64,000 nt of DNA from Amoebidium appalachense (GCA_963693365.1 CAVNZM010000003.1:12987252-13051251); one strand, 5' to 3'. Shown: positions 31,753-43,779, counted from the first letter of the stretch. Made by a program: numbers and translations. The notes: generated from the sequence alone by a model not told the origin.

Positions 31753-33117
31753 CTACTCAAACCTAAACCGAGCACGCAGGTCCTGCACCCTAGACTCGAG
31801 TTGTGTGGAGCCAGCAGACGCCGTCATCTCGTTGAACCTGTTGAGCACCAGGTAGAACTGCCGCCACGTGAGGTGTGTGGAATTGCGCAGGGACCAGCGG
31901 ATCTTGCATGCGGCAAAGATGGCCGTGAGAAACGTAATTGAGCTCCTGCCACGTATCTTGAGGTCGAAGCACTGTGCCTCCTCGAGACCCATCAGCAAGC
32001 CGATGTGCAGCTGGATTTCGTTCACAGACATGTTCTTGAGCCACGGGGTGAGGATTTTGGCCATGTCGTCAAACGTGTGCTTGACCAGTGTGCGGCCATA
32101 CTCGGTGCCGGCACAGCTGTCGTCGGGCATGATGTAGGTGGGGAGGGCAAGGGCGCGCTGGGGGTAGGGCTCCTGGTAGAGGGTCTTTGCCATTTCCAGC
32201 ACACGGGTGGCCATGTCCTCGTACTTGGCAACCACCCCCACGATCTTGTTGGTGAGTGTCATGTTGTGCTGCATGAGCTCCATGTTCTGCTGGGTGAGCT
32301 CCGTGTTCTTGGCCACGACCTCTGCGACTGTGCGCTGCACCATGCTTGCCACCTGTTCGGCCATGTCGGTGTCCGTGTGCGCAGGGGCCTCCCTAGAAGC
32401 GCGCACCTGGTCCATGTCGATGGCCATCTTGCTGGTGGTGTGGCCCGTGTAGCCGTCACACAGGTCAATCACGTCCGCCACCACAGCATAGTCGCCGGTG
32501 AGCATGCGGGAGAGGAGGGTGTCGGTGTGCACGGCAAAATCCGTGGACACGTGGCGGGCCAGGGCGGGAAGCAGGGCAATGTGCACGAAGGTGCCGCGCA
32601 GAGCCATGTCGCCGGACTTCTTTTTGGCATGGGTGGTGTCAATGACGTCATCGATGCTCAGCTGGCCAATGGGAGGAATACTGCCCATGGGCAGTTTCCC
32701 TTGTGTGACGTCATTGGTGCTGTCTGAGCCAATGAAAGGAATGTGGATGTGGTTCCACATTCCTCTGATTGGTTGGTTGATCTTGGCCACTACTTTCTGT
32801 AGAAGCTCCGTGTTACTCTTGCTCCAGTATTGCACCTTTTTCTCGGTCCCATCCCCATGCTTCTCGGTGTTGTACTGGCGCCCGACGTTGCACAGCATGG
32901 TGGCGTTAAAGTAGACGTGCCCATTCTCGTAGGTGGTGGCGATGGTGAGCACGCGCTCCCCAAACCCCATCTCAGCGGGCGCACGGATCTCCTTGTAGGC
33001 AGGGTAGAGGGGGGTGGCCATGGCGGGCTCGGGGGTAGGGGCAGCAGGGGCAACGGAAGCGGCAGGGGCGGGCACCAACGAGGGCGCGGAGGGAGAGAGA
33101 GAGGGAGCAGTAGACAT
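31753..33117 (-). CDS. KilA-N domain DNA-binding protein, full length, with coiled-coil
   Basis: NGHVYFNATMLC, RGTFVHIALLPALARHVSTDFAV. Confidence 0.88.
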   Translation of the reverse strand: MSTAPSLSPSAPSLVPAPAASVAPAAPTPEPAMATPLYPAYKEIRAPAEMGFGERVLTIATTYENGHVYFNATMLCNVGRQYNTEKHGDGTEKKVQYWSKSNTELLQKVVAKINQPIRGMWNHIHIPFIGSDSTNDVTQGKLPMGSIPPIGQLSIDDVIDTTHAKKKSGDMALRGTFVHIALLPALARHVSTDFAVHTDTLLSRMLTGDYAVVADVIDLCDGYTGHTTSKMAIDMDQVRASREAPAHTDTDMAEQVASMVQRTVAEVVAKNTELTQQNMELMQHNMTLTNKIVGVVAKYEDMATRVLEMAKTLYQEPYPQRALALPTYIMPDDSCAGTEYGRTLVKHTFDDMAKILTPWLKNMSVNEIQLHIGLLMGLEEAQCFDLKIRGRSSITFLTAIFAACKIRWSLRNSTHLTWRQFYLVLNRFNEMTASAGSTQLESRVQDLRARFRFE

Positions 33118-33564
33118 CTTGGCGGTTGTGTTGGGCGGCTGGTCAGGCTCGAGCATTTGAGTTGTGATGTGCCTGTGTGTGGTGTACTTTTATATGCAGC
33201 GGCTGCCCGGATCACGCCCAGAGAGGCCCCAATCAAGCACAGGATTTGCACCACCTGCGGCCTTGGGGGCGCTGAGCAGTCAACAGCCAATCAGATTGCG
33301 GTTGTGGTTGGACCGTGACGACCTGTGGGACGCAACAGGTCCGTTTCATTGACCACCAGCTTGTCGCATATGGCTGTAATGAGCTCCTTGTGTGACGTCA
33401 TTGGTGCTCTCTGAGCCAATGAAAGGACAGTGCCCTGGGCACTTTCCTTGTGTGACGTCATACACTCAAAGCGCCTTTATTATGCTTGTCGTCGAGACCT
33501 GCTCGATAGGCAAATCTCTCAGACTGTACCTGTTATCGGGGCCCAGGCAATATTTGATGCCTAC

Positions 33565-33912
33565 TCACTCAAATGTTACCCTAATCCCCTTGGATTCGAG
33601 CCGGGCCCGAACATATGCATAATAATCTGGAGGTGCTTGTCCAAAAAGATGGATGCGTGGTGTTCTATCACGAAAGAAATCCCTGTACATCTGTATCTGG
33701 CCATATGCATGTTTCCAAGCTCTGACGCGCTTTACCTCGATGATTTCCGAGGTGGTCAGTACATCAAACCCCATCTCAGCGGGCGCACAGATCTCCTTGT
33801 AGGCAGGGTAGAGGGGGGCGTCCATGGCGGGCTGGGGGGCAGGAGCAGCAGGAGCTGCGGGGGCGGGCACCAACGAGGGTGTGGGGGAGGAGAGAAATGG
33901 GGCAGTAGACAT
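33565..33912 (-). CDS. Chimeric/deleted gene: KilA-N leader fused to a PD-(D/E)XK-like C-terminal domain
   Basis: Leader and upstream region duplicate 32970-33210; DVLTTSEIIEVKRVRAWKHAYGQIQMY. Confidence 0.65.
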   Translation of the reverse strand: MSTAPFLSSPTPSLVPAPAAPAAPAPQPAMDAPLYPAYKEICAPAEMGFDVLTTSEIIEVKRVRAWKHAYGQIQMYRDFFRDRTPRIHLFGQAPPDYYAYVRARLESKGIRVTFE

Positions 33913-34319
33913 CTTGGCGGTTGTGTTGGGCGGCTGGTCAGACTCGAGTATTTGAGTTGTGATGTGCCTGTGTGTGGTGTACTTTTATATGCAGCGGCTG
34001 CCCGGACCACGCTCGGTGAAGCCCGAGTCACGCACAGGAATTTGCACCACCTGCGGCCTGGTTCAGGCGGTATAGGGGGAGCGCCCAGGAGGGCGTTCGA
34101 CGGCTGGGTTGGGCTTTGTGATGGCATGCGGAATAGCTTTATTTGGCTAGCATTTTTAGCCTTAGATGGGTTGACTGTTGATTGCCAGCCAATCGCATTA
34201 AGGGAAGGGTGTATATCAGCTCTACGATGCCAAATAATGTTTTTTTTTTTTTGCAAGTTTTCCCGGGTACAGAAACTTTTTGTGTTTGTTGTATGTATAT
34301 AAGCCATACCAGGTCCAAG

Positions 34320-34736
34320 ATGAGGCAAAACCAGGACATTATCAGCGAGGGGCCGGATAAGATGGCAAAGTTAGCCTGCGAGTACATTCGTCTTAGAAAG
34401 CTGGGCAGAAACACAACGACGTACAGGGACACAGAGAAGAAGCGTGTATATTCCCGTCTGCTGATTAAATACATGCGCAGCCACCGGCTGCTCACCTTGC
34501 AAATCCCAGGTGTGGAAGATAAGGCCATTTCATTGCAAAAGGTGAGGGGGAAAGCTGCAATGTCTCTAAAACGCATTGAGCAAGCATGCAAGGAGTATTG
34601 CGATGCAGTGAAGGGAGGTAAACTTGAGCTCTCTCCCGAGACTATGATGGCGTTCATAACCACAAAGCAGCCTGAAACTACCAACTGGAAGCTTGCAGTC
34701 CAAGAGAAGTCTTCAGATTCGTGGTTTGAGGCATGA
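34320..34736 (+). CDS. Small basic NCLDV protein (possibly DUF5760-like)
   Basis: Helical N-terminus then LIKYM..LQI..ISL.K pattern. Confidence 0.5.
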   Translation: MRQNQDIISEGPDKMAKLACEYIRLRKLGRNTTTYRDTEKKRVYSRLLIKYMRSHRLLTLQIPGVEDKAISLQKVRGKAAMSLKRIEQACKEYCDAVKGGKLELSPETMMAFITTKQPETTNWKLAVQEKSSDSWFEA

Positions 34737-34769
34737 CATAAATTAATTTTTGGGGGTGGGAGGTAATCA

Positions 34770-35227
34770 TGACTGGTTCAATGCTTCTCTTGTTTGCGTT
34801 ACGGGTGTCAATGACGTCATCAATGGTCAAGGGAGATCCGGTTGCTTTTGCAACTTGATCTCCATAGACTTGCAGAGAGCCATTGGTAGTCAGGGGGGAT
34901 CCGGTAGCATTTGCTACTTGATCTCCATAGACTTGCAGAGGGCCATCGTTGATCTTGCCTAAAAGGGTCTCAATTAGCTTGGCATGTCGGTCTTTCCAAA
35001 CAACTACCATCTTCTCGGCTCTTTCACCCGTCTTGGTGCTGTTGTACTCGCGCCCCACACTGCACAACATGGTGGCATTGAAGTACACGTGTCCATTGGG
35101 GTAAGTGGTGGTTGACAGTCAGCACCTTCTCCCCAAAGTCCATGGCAGGCGAGGCACACATCTCCTTGAATGCCGGGTAGGCAGGGGTGCCCAGTGTAGG
35201 GCCTTGGATGGCAGGGGCTGCAGACAT
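34770..35227 (-). pseudogene. Truncated, frameshifted KilA-N paralog with two tandem hairpin segments
   Basis: YFNATMLC..KIN..LTIDDVIDT; frameshift near 35110; stems ggagatccggttgc/gcaacttgatctcc. Confidence 0.85.
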
Positions 35228-35499
35228 GACAGTGCTTGGTAGTGACAAATGTGTTTTGTAATAACCGTCGGTAACATTGGTAGCCAACTGAGGTTTGCTG
35301 TCTCAGAGCATGGCTTTATATAGCTTTCAGAGTGCCACTGTGTACACCACAGATTGGCCTACTACTGGTACTTGTGGTTTCTCGGGGCAGAAGTGGATTG
35401 GCTGATGACACGTCATTGATGACTGTGTGGCTCAGCAATTTTTGTGTGCTGGAATGTCTGTACGAGCGCACTACTGCTGCAGACAGAGACGGTGTGCCA

Positions 35500-35606
35500 C
35501 AATCATAAAAAAATATATTAGAAAGGGCTTGATGGGGACTACAGCTGGGTTTTTTAAAAAACAGCCCACTGGGGGCTGAGATATGGCCCTTCAAAGTTGA
35601 CCACTT
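35500..35606 (-). repeat. Short copy of the aactttgaagggccatatctc dispersed module
   Basis: Homologous to 36827-36910; a more diverged copy lies at 44260-44365. Confidence 0.7.
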
Positions 35607-35619
35607 TTTGTGCTGGTGG

Positions 35620-36301
35620 ATTCTTGGGCATACACTTTCGAAGTCTTTTTGTACACACAAACATGAACACACATAGCCTGCTCCTTCCCAATCCTCTCTC
35701 ATTCTTGGGCATACACATTTGAAGTCTTCTTACTCCCCCCCCCCCCCCCCTTCCCAATCCTCTCTCATTCTTGGGCATACACATTCGAGGTCTTCTTCCT
35801 CCTCCCCCCCCCTCCCCCCGCCTTCTCAACCCTCTCTCATTCTTGCGCATACAATTTCGAAGTCTTCTTGACATACACACAAACATGAACACACCTAGTC
35901 TGCTCTTTCCCATTCCTCTCTCATTCTTGAACATACACATTCAAAGTTTTCTTCCTCCCTTCCCCCCTTCATTCTTGGGCATACACATTTGAAGTCTTTT
36001 TACTCCCCCCCCCCTCCCCCCTTCCCAGTCCTCTCTCATTCTTGGGCATACACATTCGAAGTCTTCTTCCTCCCCCCCCCCCCCCCCCCCCCCCCCCGCC
36101 TTCTCAATCCTCTCTCATTCTTGGGCATACACTTTCGAAGTCTTCGTGTACACACAAACATGAACACACCTAGCCTGCTCCTTCCCAATCCTCTCTCATT
36201 CTTGGGCATACACATTCGAAGTCTTCTTACTCCCCCCCCTCGCCCTCCCCCCTTCCCAATCCTCTCTCATTCTTGGGCATACACATCCGAAGTCTTCTTC
36301 C

Positions 36302-36342
<41 letters not shown>

Positions 36343-36550
36343 CCTTCTCAATCCTCTCTCATTCTTGGGCATACACTTTCGAAGTCTTCGTGTACACACA
36401 AACATGAACACACCTAGCCTGCTCCTTCCCAATCCTCTCTCAGTTGGGCATACACATTTGAAGTCTTCTTACCCCCCCCCCCCCCCCTCCCCCCCCCCCC
36501 CCTTCCCAATCCTCTCTCATTCTTGGGCATACACATTCGAGGTCTTCTTC
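35620..36550. repeat. Satellite of ctctctcattcttgggcatacac(a/t)ttcgaagtcttc units with poly-C spacers
   Basis: About 14 units visible. Confidence 0.92.
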
Positions 36551-36551
36551 C

Positions 36552-36715
36552 GAGGCCGAGCAGAAGGTGGTTTGGTGGAAAGAGGCCAACCTTGCCCTGC
36601 TTGTCAAGGTGCTGGATAAAATTAACGAACCAATCAAAGGAAAGGTGGGAATTCCCACTATTCCTCCCATTGGCCAACTGAGCATCGATGACGTCATCGA
36701 CATCACCAACGCCAT
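36552..36715 (+). pseudogene. KilA-N gene fragment with 44-bp palindrome
   Basis: AEQKVVWWKEAN..KINEPIKGKVGIPTIPPIGQLSIDDVIDIT. Confidence 0.82.
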
Positions 36716-39540
36716 AGATTAGCATATAGAATATATACACTTCGTGCATATACACTCCTCTACTAGTTACGATAACTCATCCGTATGTGTATGAGTAGCT
36801 CACACGGGTCACATGGATACAAGGGGTCAACTTTGAAGGGCCATATCTCGGCTCCCAGTGGGCCGTTTTTCTTGAAAAAAAAAACCAGATATAGCTCACA
36901 TCGAGCTCTTTCAGAGCAAGTTGTTTACCTGCTTGCGGCATGCCGTCTACGCACGTACACAGCAGCGATCGGCCGCGCGCAGACCGGATTCACGCATATG
37001 CACAGCCTGAAACTGCTGAGCCACATTCCTGAGTGATCCGCCAACATTGACGTGCAAACTCGGTTCTTTCTGGTGGTGTGCAAAATGCTCCTGAGGTGAC
37101 AACTTCAATATGCAAAATGCTCCTGAGGTGACAACTTCATTATGTAAAATGCTCCTGAGGTGACAGGTCACATGTTCGTAACCAATCGGATGAGTTTACT
37201 TACATTGCAATACAAAACGAGTGTACGTGTTTGCTTGATATGTATAATATATTATTTACACACATGCTTATTATGCACCAATATATATATATATATATAT
37301 ATATATTTATTTGGCATTGCAAGTACCAATATGCCTAACATACACTCCATGCACATACACTCCTCTACTTTCGATAACTCATCCAATTGGTTACGAACAT
37401 GTGACCTGTCACCTCAGGAGCATTTTACATAATGAAGTTGTCACCTCAGGAGCATTTTGCATATTGAAGTTGTCACCTCAGGAGCATTTTGCACACCACC
37501 AGAAAGAACCGAGTTTGCACGTCAATGTTGGCCGATCACTCAGGAATGTGGCTCAGGAATGTGGCTCAGCAGCTTCAGGCTGTGCATATGCGCGAATAGT
37601 GTTGTATATAACAATGAATATAATATTGCGTATAATATTTTATATAGTATCGTACATTTATCGTACATAGTATAATATATAATAGCATATAGAATATATA
37701 CACGTCGTGCACATACACTCCTCTGTTTACAATAACTCATCCGTACGTGTAGGAGTAGCTCACACGGGTCACATGGATAAAAGGGGTCAACTTTGAAGGG
37801 CCATATCTCGGCTCCCAGTGGGCCGTTTTTCTTGAAAAAAAAAACCAGATATAGCTCACATCGAGCTCTTTCAGAGCAAGTTGTTAACATGCTTGCGGCA
37901 TGCCGTCTACGCACGTACACAGCAGCGATCGGCGGCGCGCAAACCGGATTCACGCATATGCACAGCCTGAACTGCTGAGCCACATTCCTGAGTGATCGGC
38001 CAACATTGACGTGCAAACTCGGTTCTTTCTGGTGGTGTGCAAAATGCTCCTGAGGTGACAACTTCATTATGTAAAATGCTCCTGAGGTGACAACTTCATT
38101 ATGTAAAATGCTCCTGAGGTGACAACTTCATTATGTAAAATGCTCCTGAGGTGACAGGTCACATGTTCGTAACCAATCGGATGAGTTATCGTAAATAGAG
38201 GAGTGTATATTAGGCATATTGGTACTTGCAATGCCAAATAAATATATATATATATATATATTGGTGCATAATAAGCATGTGTGTAAATAATATATTATAC
38301 ATATCAAGCAAACACGTACACTCGTTTTGTATTGCAATGTAAGTAAACTCATCCGATTGGTTACGAACATGTGACCTGTCACCTCAGGAGCATTTTACAT
38401 AATGAAGTTGTCACCTCAGGAGCATTTTACATATTGAAGTTGTCACCTCAGGAGCATTTTGCACACCACCAGAAAGAACCGAGTTTGCACGTCAATGTTG
38501 GCCGATCACTCAGGAATGTGGCTCAGCAGTTTCAGGCTGTGCATATTGTGAATCCGGCTATCGTAAATAGAGGAGTGTATGTGCACGACGTGTATATATT
38601 CTATATGCTATTATATATAATACTATGTACGATAAATGTACGATACTATATAAAATATTATACGCAATATTATATTCATTATCATATACAACAATATTCG
38701 CGCATATGCACAGCCTGAAACTGCTGAGCCACATTCCTGAGTGATCGGCCAACATTGACGTGCAAACTCGGTTCTTTCTGGTGGTGTGCAAAATGCTCCT
38801 GAGGTGACAACTTCATTATGTAAAATGCTCCTGAGGTGACAACTTCATTATGTAAAATGCTCCTGAGGTGACAGGTCACATGTTCGTAACCAATCGGATG
38901 AGTTATCGTAAATAGAGGAGTGTATATTAGGCATATTGGTACTTGCAATGCCAAATAAATATATATATATATATATTGGTGCATAATAAGCATGTGTGTA
39001 AATAATATATTATACATATCAAGCAAACACGTACACTCGTTTTGTATTGCAATGTAAGTAAACTCATCCGATTGGTTACGAACATGTGACCTGTCACCTC
39101 AGGAGCATTTTACATAATGAAGTTGTCACCTCAGGAGCATTTTACATATTGAAGTTGTCACCTCAGGAGCATTTTGCACACCACCAGAAAGAACCGAGTT
39201 TGCACGTCAATGTTGGCCGATCACTCAGGAATGTGGCTCAGCAGTTCAGGCAGTGCATGTGCGTGAATCCGGTCTGCGCGCCGCCGATCGCTGCTGTGTA
39301 CGGCGTAGACAGCATGCCGCAGGCAAATAAAGAACGTGTTCTGAAAGAGCTCGATGTGAGCTATATCTGGTTTTTTTTCCCAAGAAAAACGGCCCACTGG
39401 GAGCCGAGATATGGCCCTTCAAAGTTGACCCCTTTTATCCATGTGACCCGTGTGAGCTACTCATACACATACGGATGAGTTATCGTAACTAGTAGAGGAG
39501 TGTATGTGCACGAAGTGTATATATTCTATATGCTAATCTA
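36716..39540. repeat. 2.8-kb non-coding foldback structure of nested direct and inverted modules with ~480-bp terminal inverted repeats
   Basis: 36720-37200 is the reverse complement of 39060-39537; internal modules repeated in both orientations; 30-bp aaaatgctcctgaggtgacaacttca subrepeats. Confidence 0.92.
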
Positions 39541-39762
39541 TATAATACTATATACGATGATTGTAAGATAATATTGTACGCAATATTATATAAACTATTA
39601 TATACAATACCATATACAATATTGTATGCTATATATCACAAGACAAAATCAACACCGTATGACGTCACCAACATTGACGTGCAAATGGTGTGAAGGCACA
39701 CCTTTGTCATTGCGCCATTTCACGGGCTAAGCATGTGTGTGTGTGTGTGCAGCTCGACAGAG

Positions 39763-39796
<34 letters not shown>

Positions 39797-39889
39797 TTAT
39801 CGAGACACAAAGCCATATCTTTGTCTGTACAAAAAACGATCCGGTTGGTGCGCCACACCAAAAAGTGTACCAGAACTGTTAAGCCTAGA

Positions 39890-40231
39890 ATGATTGCAAA
39901 CTTGATTGTGTCAGCCTTGCTAACTCATAAAGCTTTGTTTGTTCTGGGTCCGTTGTTGATTGTGTCAATATGGGTCTGTGTGGCACTTTACAAACAATAC
40001 AACTTGAACAAAGAGCCAAAGGGTATCTCGCCACACGAAGATGCCAAACAGATGGCCACACATAATCACGCAAACACGGTCAGGCAAGATAATGTGCCAA
40101 ATCAAGGGCTGGAGTCTGTGGATACAAACATAGCCAAGCCCGGAACCACACCCAAGCATAGACTGTCTATGAATTCGGCTCTAAATTTGACCACTAGAGA
40201 ATTATTGGATAGAGTAAATGTCATGTGCTGA
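39890..40231 (+). CDS. Small membrane protein
   Basis: N-terminal hydrophobic segments. Confidence 0.5.
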   Translation: MIANLIVSALLTHKALFVLGPLLIVSIWVCVALYKQYNLNKEPKGISPHEDAKQMATHNHANTVRQDNVPNQGLESVDTNIAKPGTTPKHRLSMNSALNLTTRELLDRVNVMC

Positions 40232-41953
40232 GCTGATTCGTATTAGTTTGCTTCTATATTTCGTGTTTTGGTGAGTGCATTTCGGGGGTTTTCTTGCATA
40301 GTGATGCCGGGGTCTAAATGGGGTATGAGGAGATTAATCAGTGGTATGGGGAGAATCTGATGCAGCGGCGGCTGATTGTTTGGTGCGCGCGTGCATGCCC
40401 GATGCCTCTGCGTACTCTCCATGTTATATGTTGTATTGCTTCTTGCTGTGTGCTTGGCGAGACCCATGTTGCCTGCTCGCGTGTGTGTATGCTTATATGT
40501 ATTGTGAGTAAAGGTGTGTACGTGTTGTAGTGCTGTAGGTGTCTCAGGTGGCGGTAGCCAATGGTGTGGAGTGCGTGTAGTCTGTGGGGGTGTAGCTTGT
40601 CGTGGCGTGGTGTAAACAGCCCCGTCGTGGGGGACGTCGGTGACCGTGTTGCAGGTATGAAGGTTTTATTAGAGGGTAGGCCGTCTCTTGGGTTGTTGTT
40701 GTTGTATGGGAGTTGTGTGGTGTTTTATTTTGCTGAGTTTTCTACTGGTGCCTGGCGTTTTCGACGTGTGTATGAGTCCTGTGTTGGCGACGTGTGTGGT
40801 TAGGGTCAGTGGAATAGAAAGTCCTGCTGCTGTCTGGGAGCTCGGCCCTCTGACGAGGGGGCTGGGGGGGGATCGAGGTGTAGTCATGGCAGTGGAAGGC
40901 CCCCACTGTTGTGAACCCCCGTCGTCAAAGGGCCTGGTGCTGAGGCCCCTTGGAGTGGCTGCCCTGGGCCTGGTGTTGAGGCCCTTTGGAGTGGCTGCCC
41001 GTAGTGTTGTTGAGTAGTGTTGTGGTGCCCAGTGCAGCAGTAGGCCTTAGACACACCGCTGGGTAGGGCACGGTTGGGGCGGAGGCATTCCCAAACCACC
41101 GGGACCTACGTAGTAGGAGTATTTGTCGGGTAGAGGAATGGCCAGCAAGAGAGTCTGGAGGTGTACGTCACATGAGTCTGGAGGTGTTCGTCACGGCATG
41201 TTTGGTTGTGTTAGGAATTCTTTGTGGATGCTGAGTGTGGTTGTATGGATGGGGTCTGTTATCATGTCTGTTGCTATGTTCCACTCGATATAACATTGTG
41301 CCAGGGGCATGGGGTTTTGGGTGCAGGTTGTGGACGGGGGCAGAGGTGCATCTACAGGGCAACGTCAGGGGCGGTTCATATTATCCTTGTTTTGGGGTTG
41401 GGTTGGGTATTAACCATGGTGGGGTGGTGTGTGGATGCATGTATATGTTTTATGTTATATGTTATATGTTGCTTCCTGCATGGTTAGCGGTAGTTGTAGT
41501 CGCTCAGCACATAACTTTATTTTGTTTTTAGGTAGTTTTTACTGAGGTGGAACTCAGTTATTTTCTGTGCGAGGGGGGAGTTGTCATGTGCTGAGCTGAT
41601 TCGTATTAGTTTGCTTCTATATTTCGTGTTTTGGTGAGTGCATTTCGGGGGTTTTCTTGCATAGTGATGCCGGGGTCTAAATGGGGTATGAGGAGATTAA
41701 TCAGTGGTATGGGGAGAATCTGATGCAGCGGCGGCTGATTGTTTGGTGCGCGCGTGCATGCCCGATGCCTCTGCGTACTCTCCATGTTATATGTTGTATT
41801 GCTTCTTGCTGTGTGCTTGGCGAGACCCATGTTGCCTGCTCGCGTGTGTGTATGCTTATATGTATTGTGAGTAAAGGTGTGTACGTGTTGTAGTGCTGTA
41901 GGTGTCTCAGGTGGCGGTAGCCAATGGTGTGGAGTGCGTGTAGTCTGTGGGGG
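40219..41953. repeat. 372-bp direct repeats (40219-40590 and 41582-41953) flanking a GT-rich non-coding segment
   Basis: Apparently identical copies offset by 1363 bp. Confidence 0.9.
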
Positions 41954-42220
41954 AGGGAGTGTTGTGATTGGCTGAATGTCACTGTGGTATTTGTCTGGCC
42001 AGTGGGCCGCGTGTCTGTGAAGTGTCTCGCGGGGTCGCGGGCTTTTCGAAGTTCTTCGGAGAACACGAAAAAAAGCTCGCTTCCCGCCCAACTCAAAGAA
42101 AAGTTTATACGTATACACAGTTTCGAGCCCCTTTAAGCGTGCAGATAGTTAGAGTAGTTTGTATACACTCTGTTTGATGCCACGACAGTAAACGCCGAAT
42201 ATCCAGAGCGACACATAACC

Positions 42221-42847
42221 GTGGCACCAATTGGCAAGAGCAGGACTTGGCAGGACGTTCTGGATGGTGTGGGCGAAACCCCGGAAGAGACAAGAACGAT
42301 CCAGGCAGAGAGAAGGCAACTAGATGCACGCATGAAGAGCAACAGAGCCCTGGCAATGAAGGAGCGCGATCGCTTTGGGATTGCCGGGGTGCCAGCAGAT
42401 TTATCAGAACCCAAGGCAGGTTATCTAAAGGAGTTCCCTCCCCAGATACAAAAAACCATGGTTTGGTGTGCATATTTGAAGAAACACGAATCTGTGTTTG
42501 ATCCAAGTCACAGGGAACAGCTTTCGTCCTTAACCAAATACACTATGGAACAACGGGCATGTTGGAACATGTTGGTGGATAAGTATGCCGCTGAATATCG
42601 TGAGGGTAACTTGGATGTAGATGATTCGGAGTGGATAGAACAGGAAGTACGAAATAGTGCTGAAAGTTTCAAAAAAGTCCTCCCTCTGGTGGCTGACCAT
42701 GAAGGTGTTCCGAGTATTTCTAGTCTTCTGTCATATGGAGATCTGCTGATTTTTGCTACAGGCCTATTTGAGAGACACATTACGATCTTGCAAATTAAAC
42801 TTGTGACACTGGCAGATACATACCACCTCAGACTGCCGGTTTTGTGA
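42221..42847 (+). CDS. Hypothetical protein (start uncertain)
   Basis: 208-codon open frame, helical charged composition. Confidence 0.45.
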   Translation: MAPIGKSRTWQDVLDGVGETPEETRTIQAERRQLDARMKSNRALAMKERDRFGIAGVPADLSEPKAGYLKEFPPQIQKTMVWCAYLKKHESVFDPSHREQLSSLTKYTMEQRACWNMLVDKYAAEYREGNLDVDDSEWIEQEVRNSAESFKKVLPLVADHEGVPSISSLLSYGDLLIFATGLFERHITILQIKLVTLADTYHLRLPVL

Positions 42848-42849
42848 CC

Positions 42850-43080
42850 CTGATACCGTTTAGCATGACATCTATACATAACAATAGACAACCCTATAGA
42901 GCCCTACAGAGAGTCTCGAGCCATGCTTCGATGTCCGCCAGCATTAGGCCGGTACAGGCAAAGGCTGGGGGAACCCAGCCGCTGGGAGCAAGAACGTGGA
43001 AGGATGTTTCTTGCCCCGTTGATGTCGCGGTCACAGACTGTGCCACAAGCAGCACAGTTGTACAGCTTGCTCCCTCCCAG
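42850..43080 (-). mobile_element. Right-end-only Fanzor remnant retaining the omega-RNA scaffold (guide ggtcacaaaaccggcagtct)
   Basis: Homologous to 11678-11909 with several substitutions. Confidence 0.92.
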
Positions 43081-43192
43081 CCCCCCTCCCCCCCCCCCCC
43101 CAAAAAAAAAACAAAAAAAACAAAAAACACACACACACACACACACACAGCTGCACGAGCACACCAGCCACCCATACCCAAATTCGCCAAAG

Positions 43193-43239
<47 letters not shown>

Positions 43240-43322
43240 ACCTCCCAAAAAAAAAACAAAATAAAACACACACATGGCTGCACGAGTACACCAGCCACCC
43301 ACACGCAAATTCGCCAAAGCCT

Positions 43323-43354
<32 letters not shown>

Positions 43355-43444
43355 CAAAAAAACTAAAAAATAAAACACACACACATGGCTGCACGAGTAC
43401 ACCAGCCACCCACACGCAAATTCGCCAAAGCCTCCCCCCCTCGC

Positions 43445-43475
<31 letters not shown>

Positions 43476-43654
43476 AAAAAAAAAAAAAAACACACACCCA
43501 TGGCTGCACAAGTACACCAGCCACTCACACGCAAATTCGCCAAAGCCTCCCCCCCTCCTCTCCCCCCTCCCCCCCCTCCCCCCCAAAAAAAAACACACAC
43601 ACACACACACGGCTGCACGAGTACACCAGCCACCCATACCCAAATTCGCCAAAG

Positions 43655-43688
<34 letters not shown>

Positions 43689-43779
43689 AAAAAACCTCCC
43701 AAAAAAAAACAAAATAAAACACACACACGGCTGCACGAGTACACCAGCCACCCACACGCAAATTCGCCAAAGCCTCCCC

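Noticed and set aside
36785-39478. Short ORFs repeated in the foldback region
   Set aside because: Recurring translations of non-coding repeat modules
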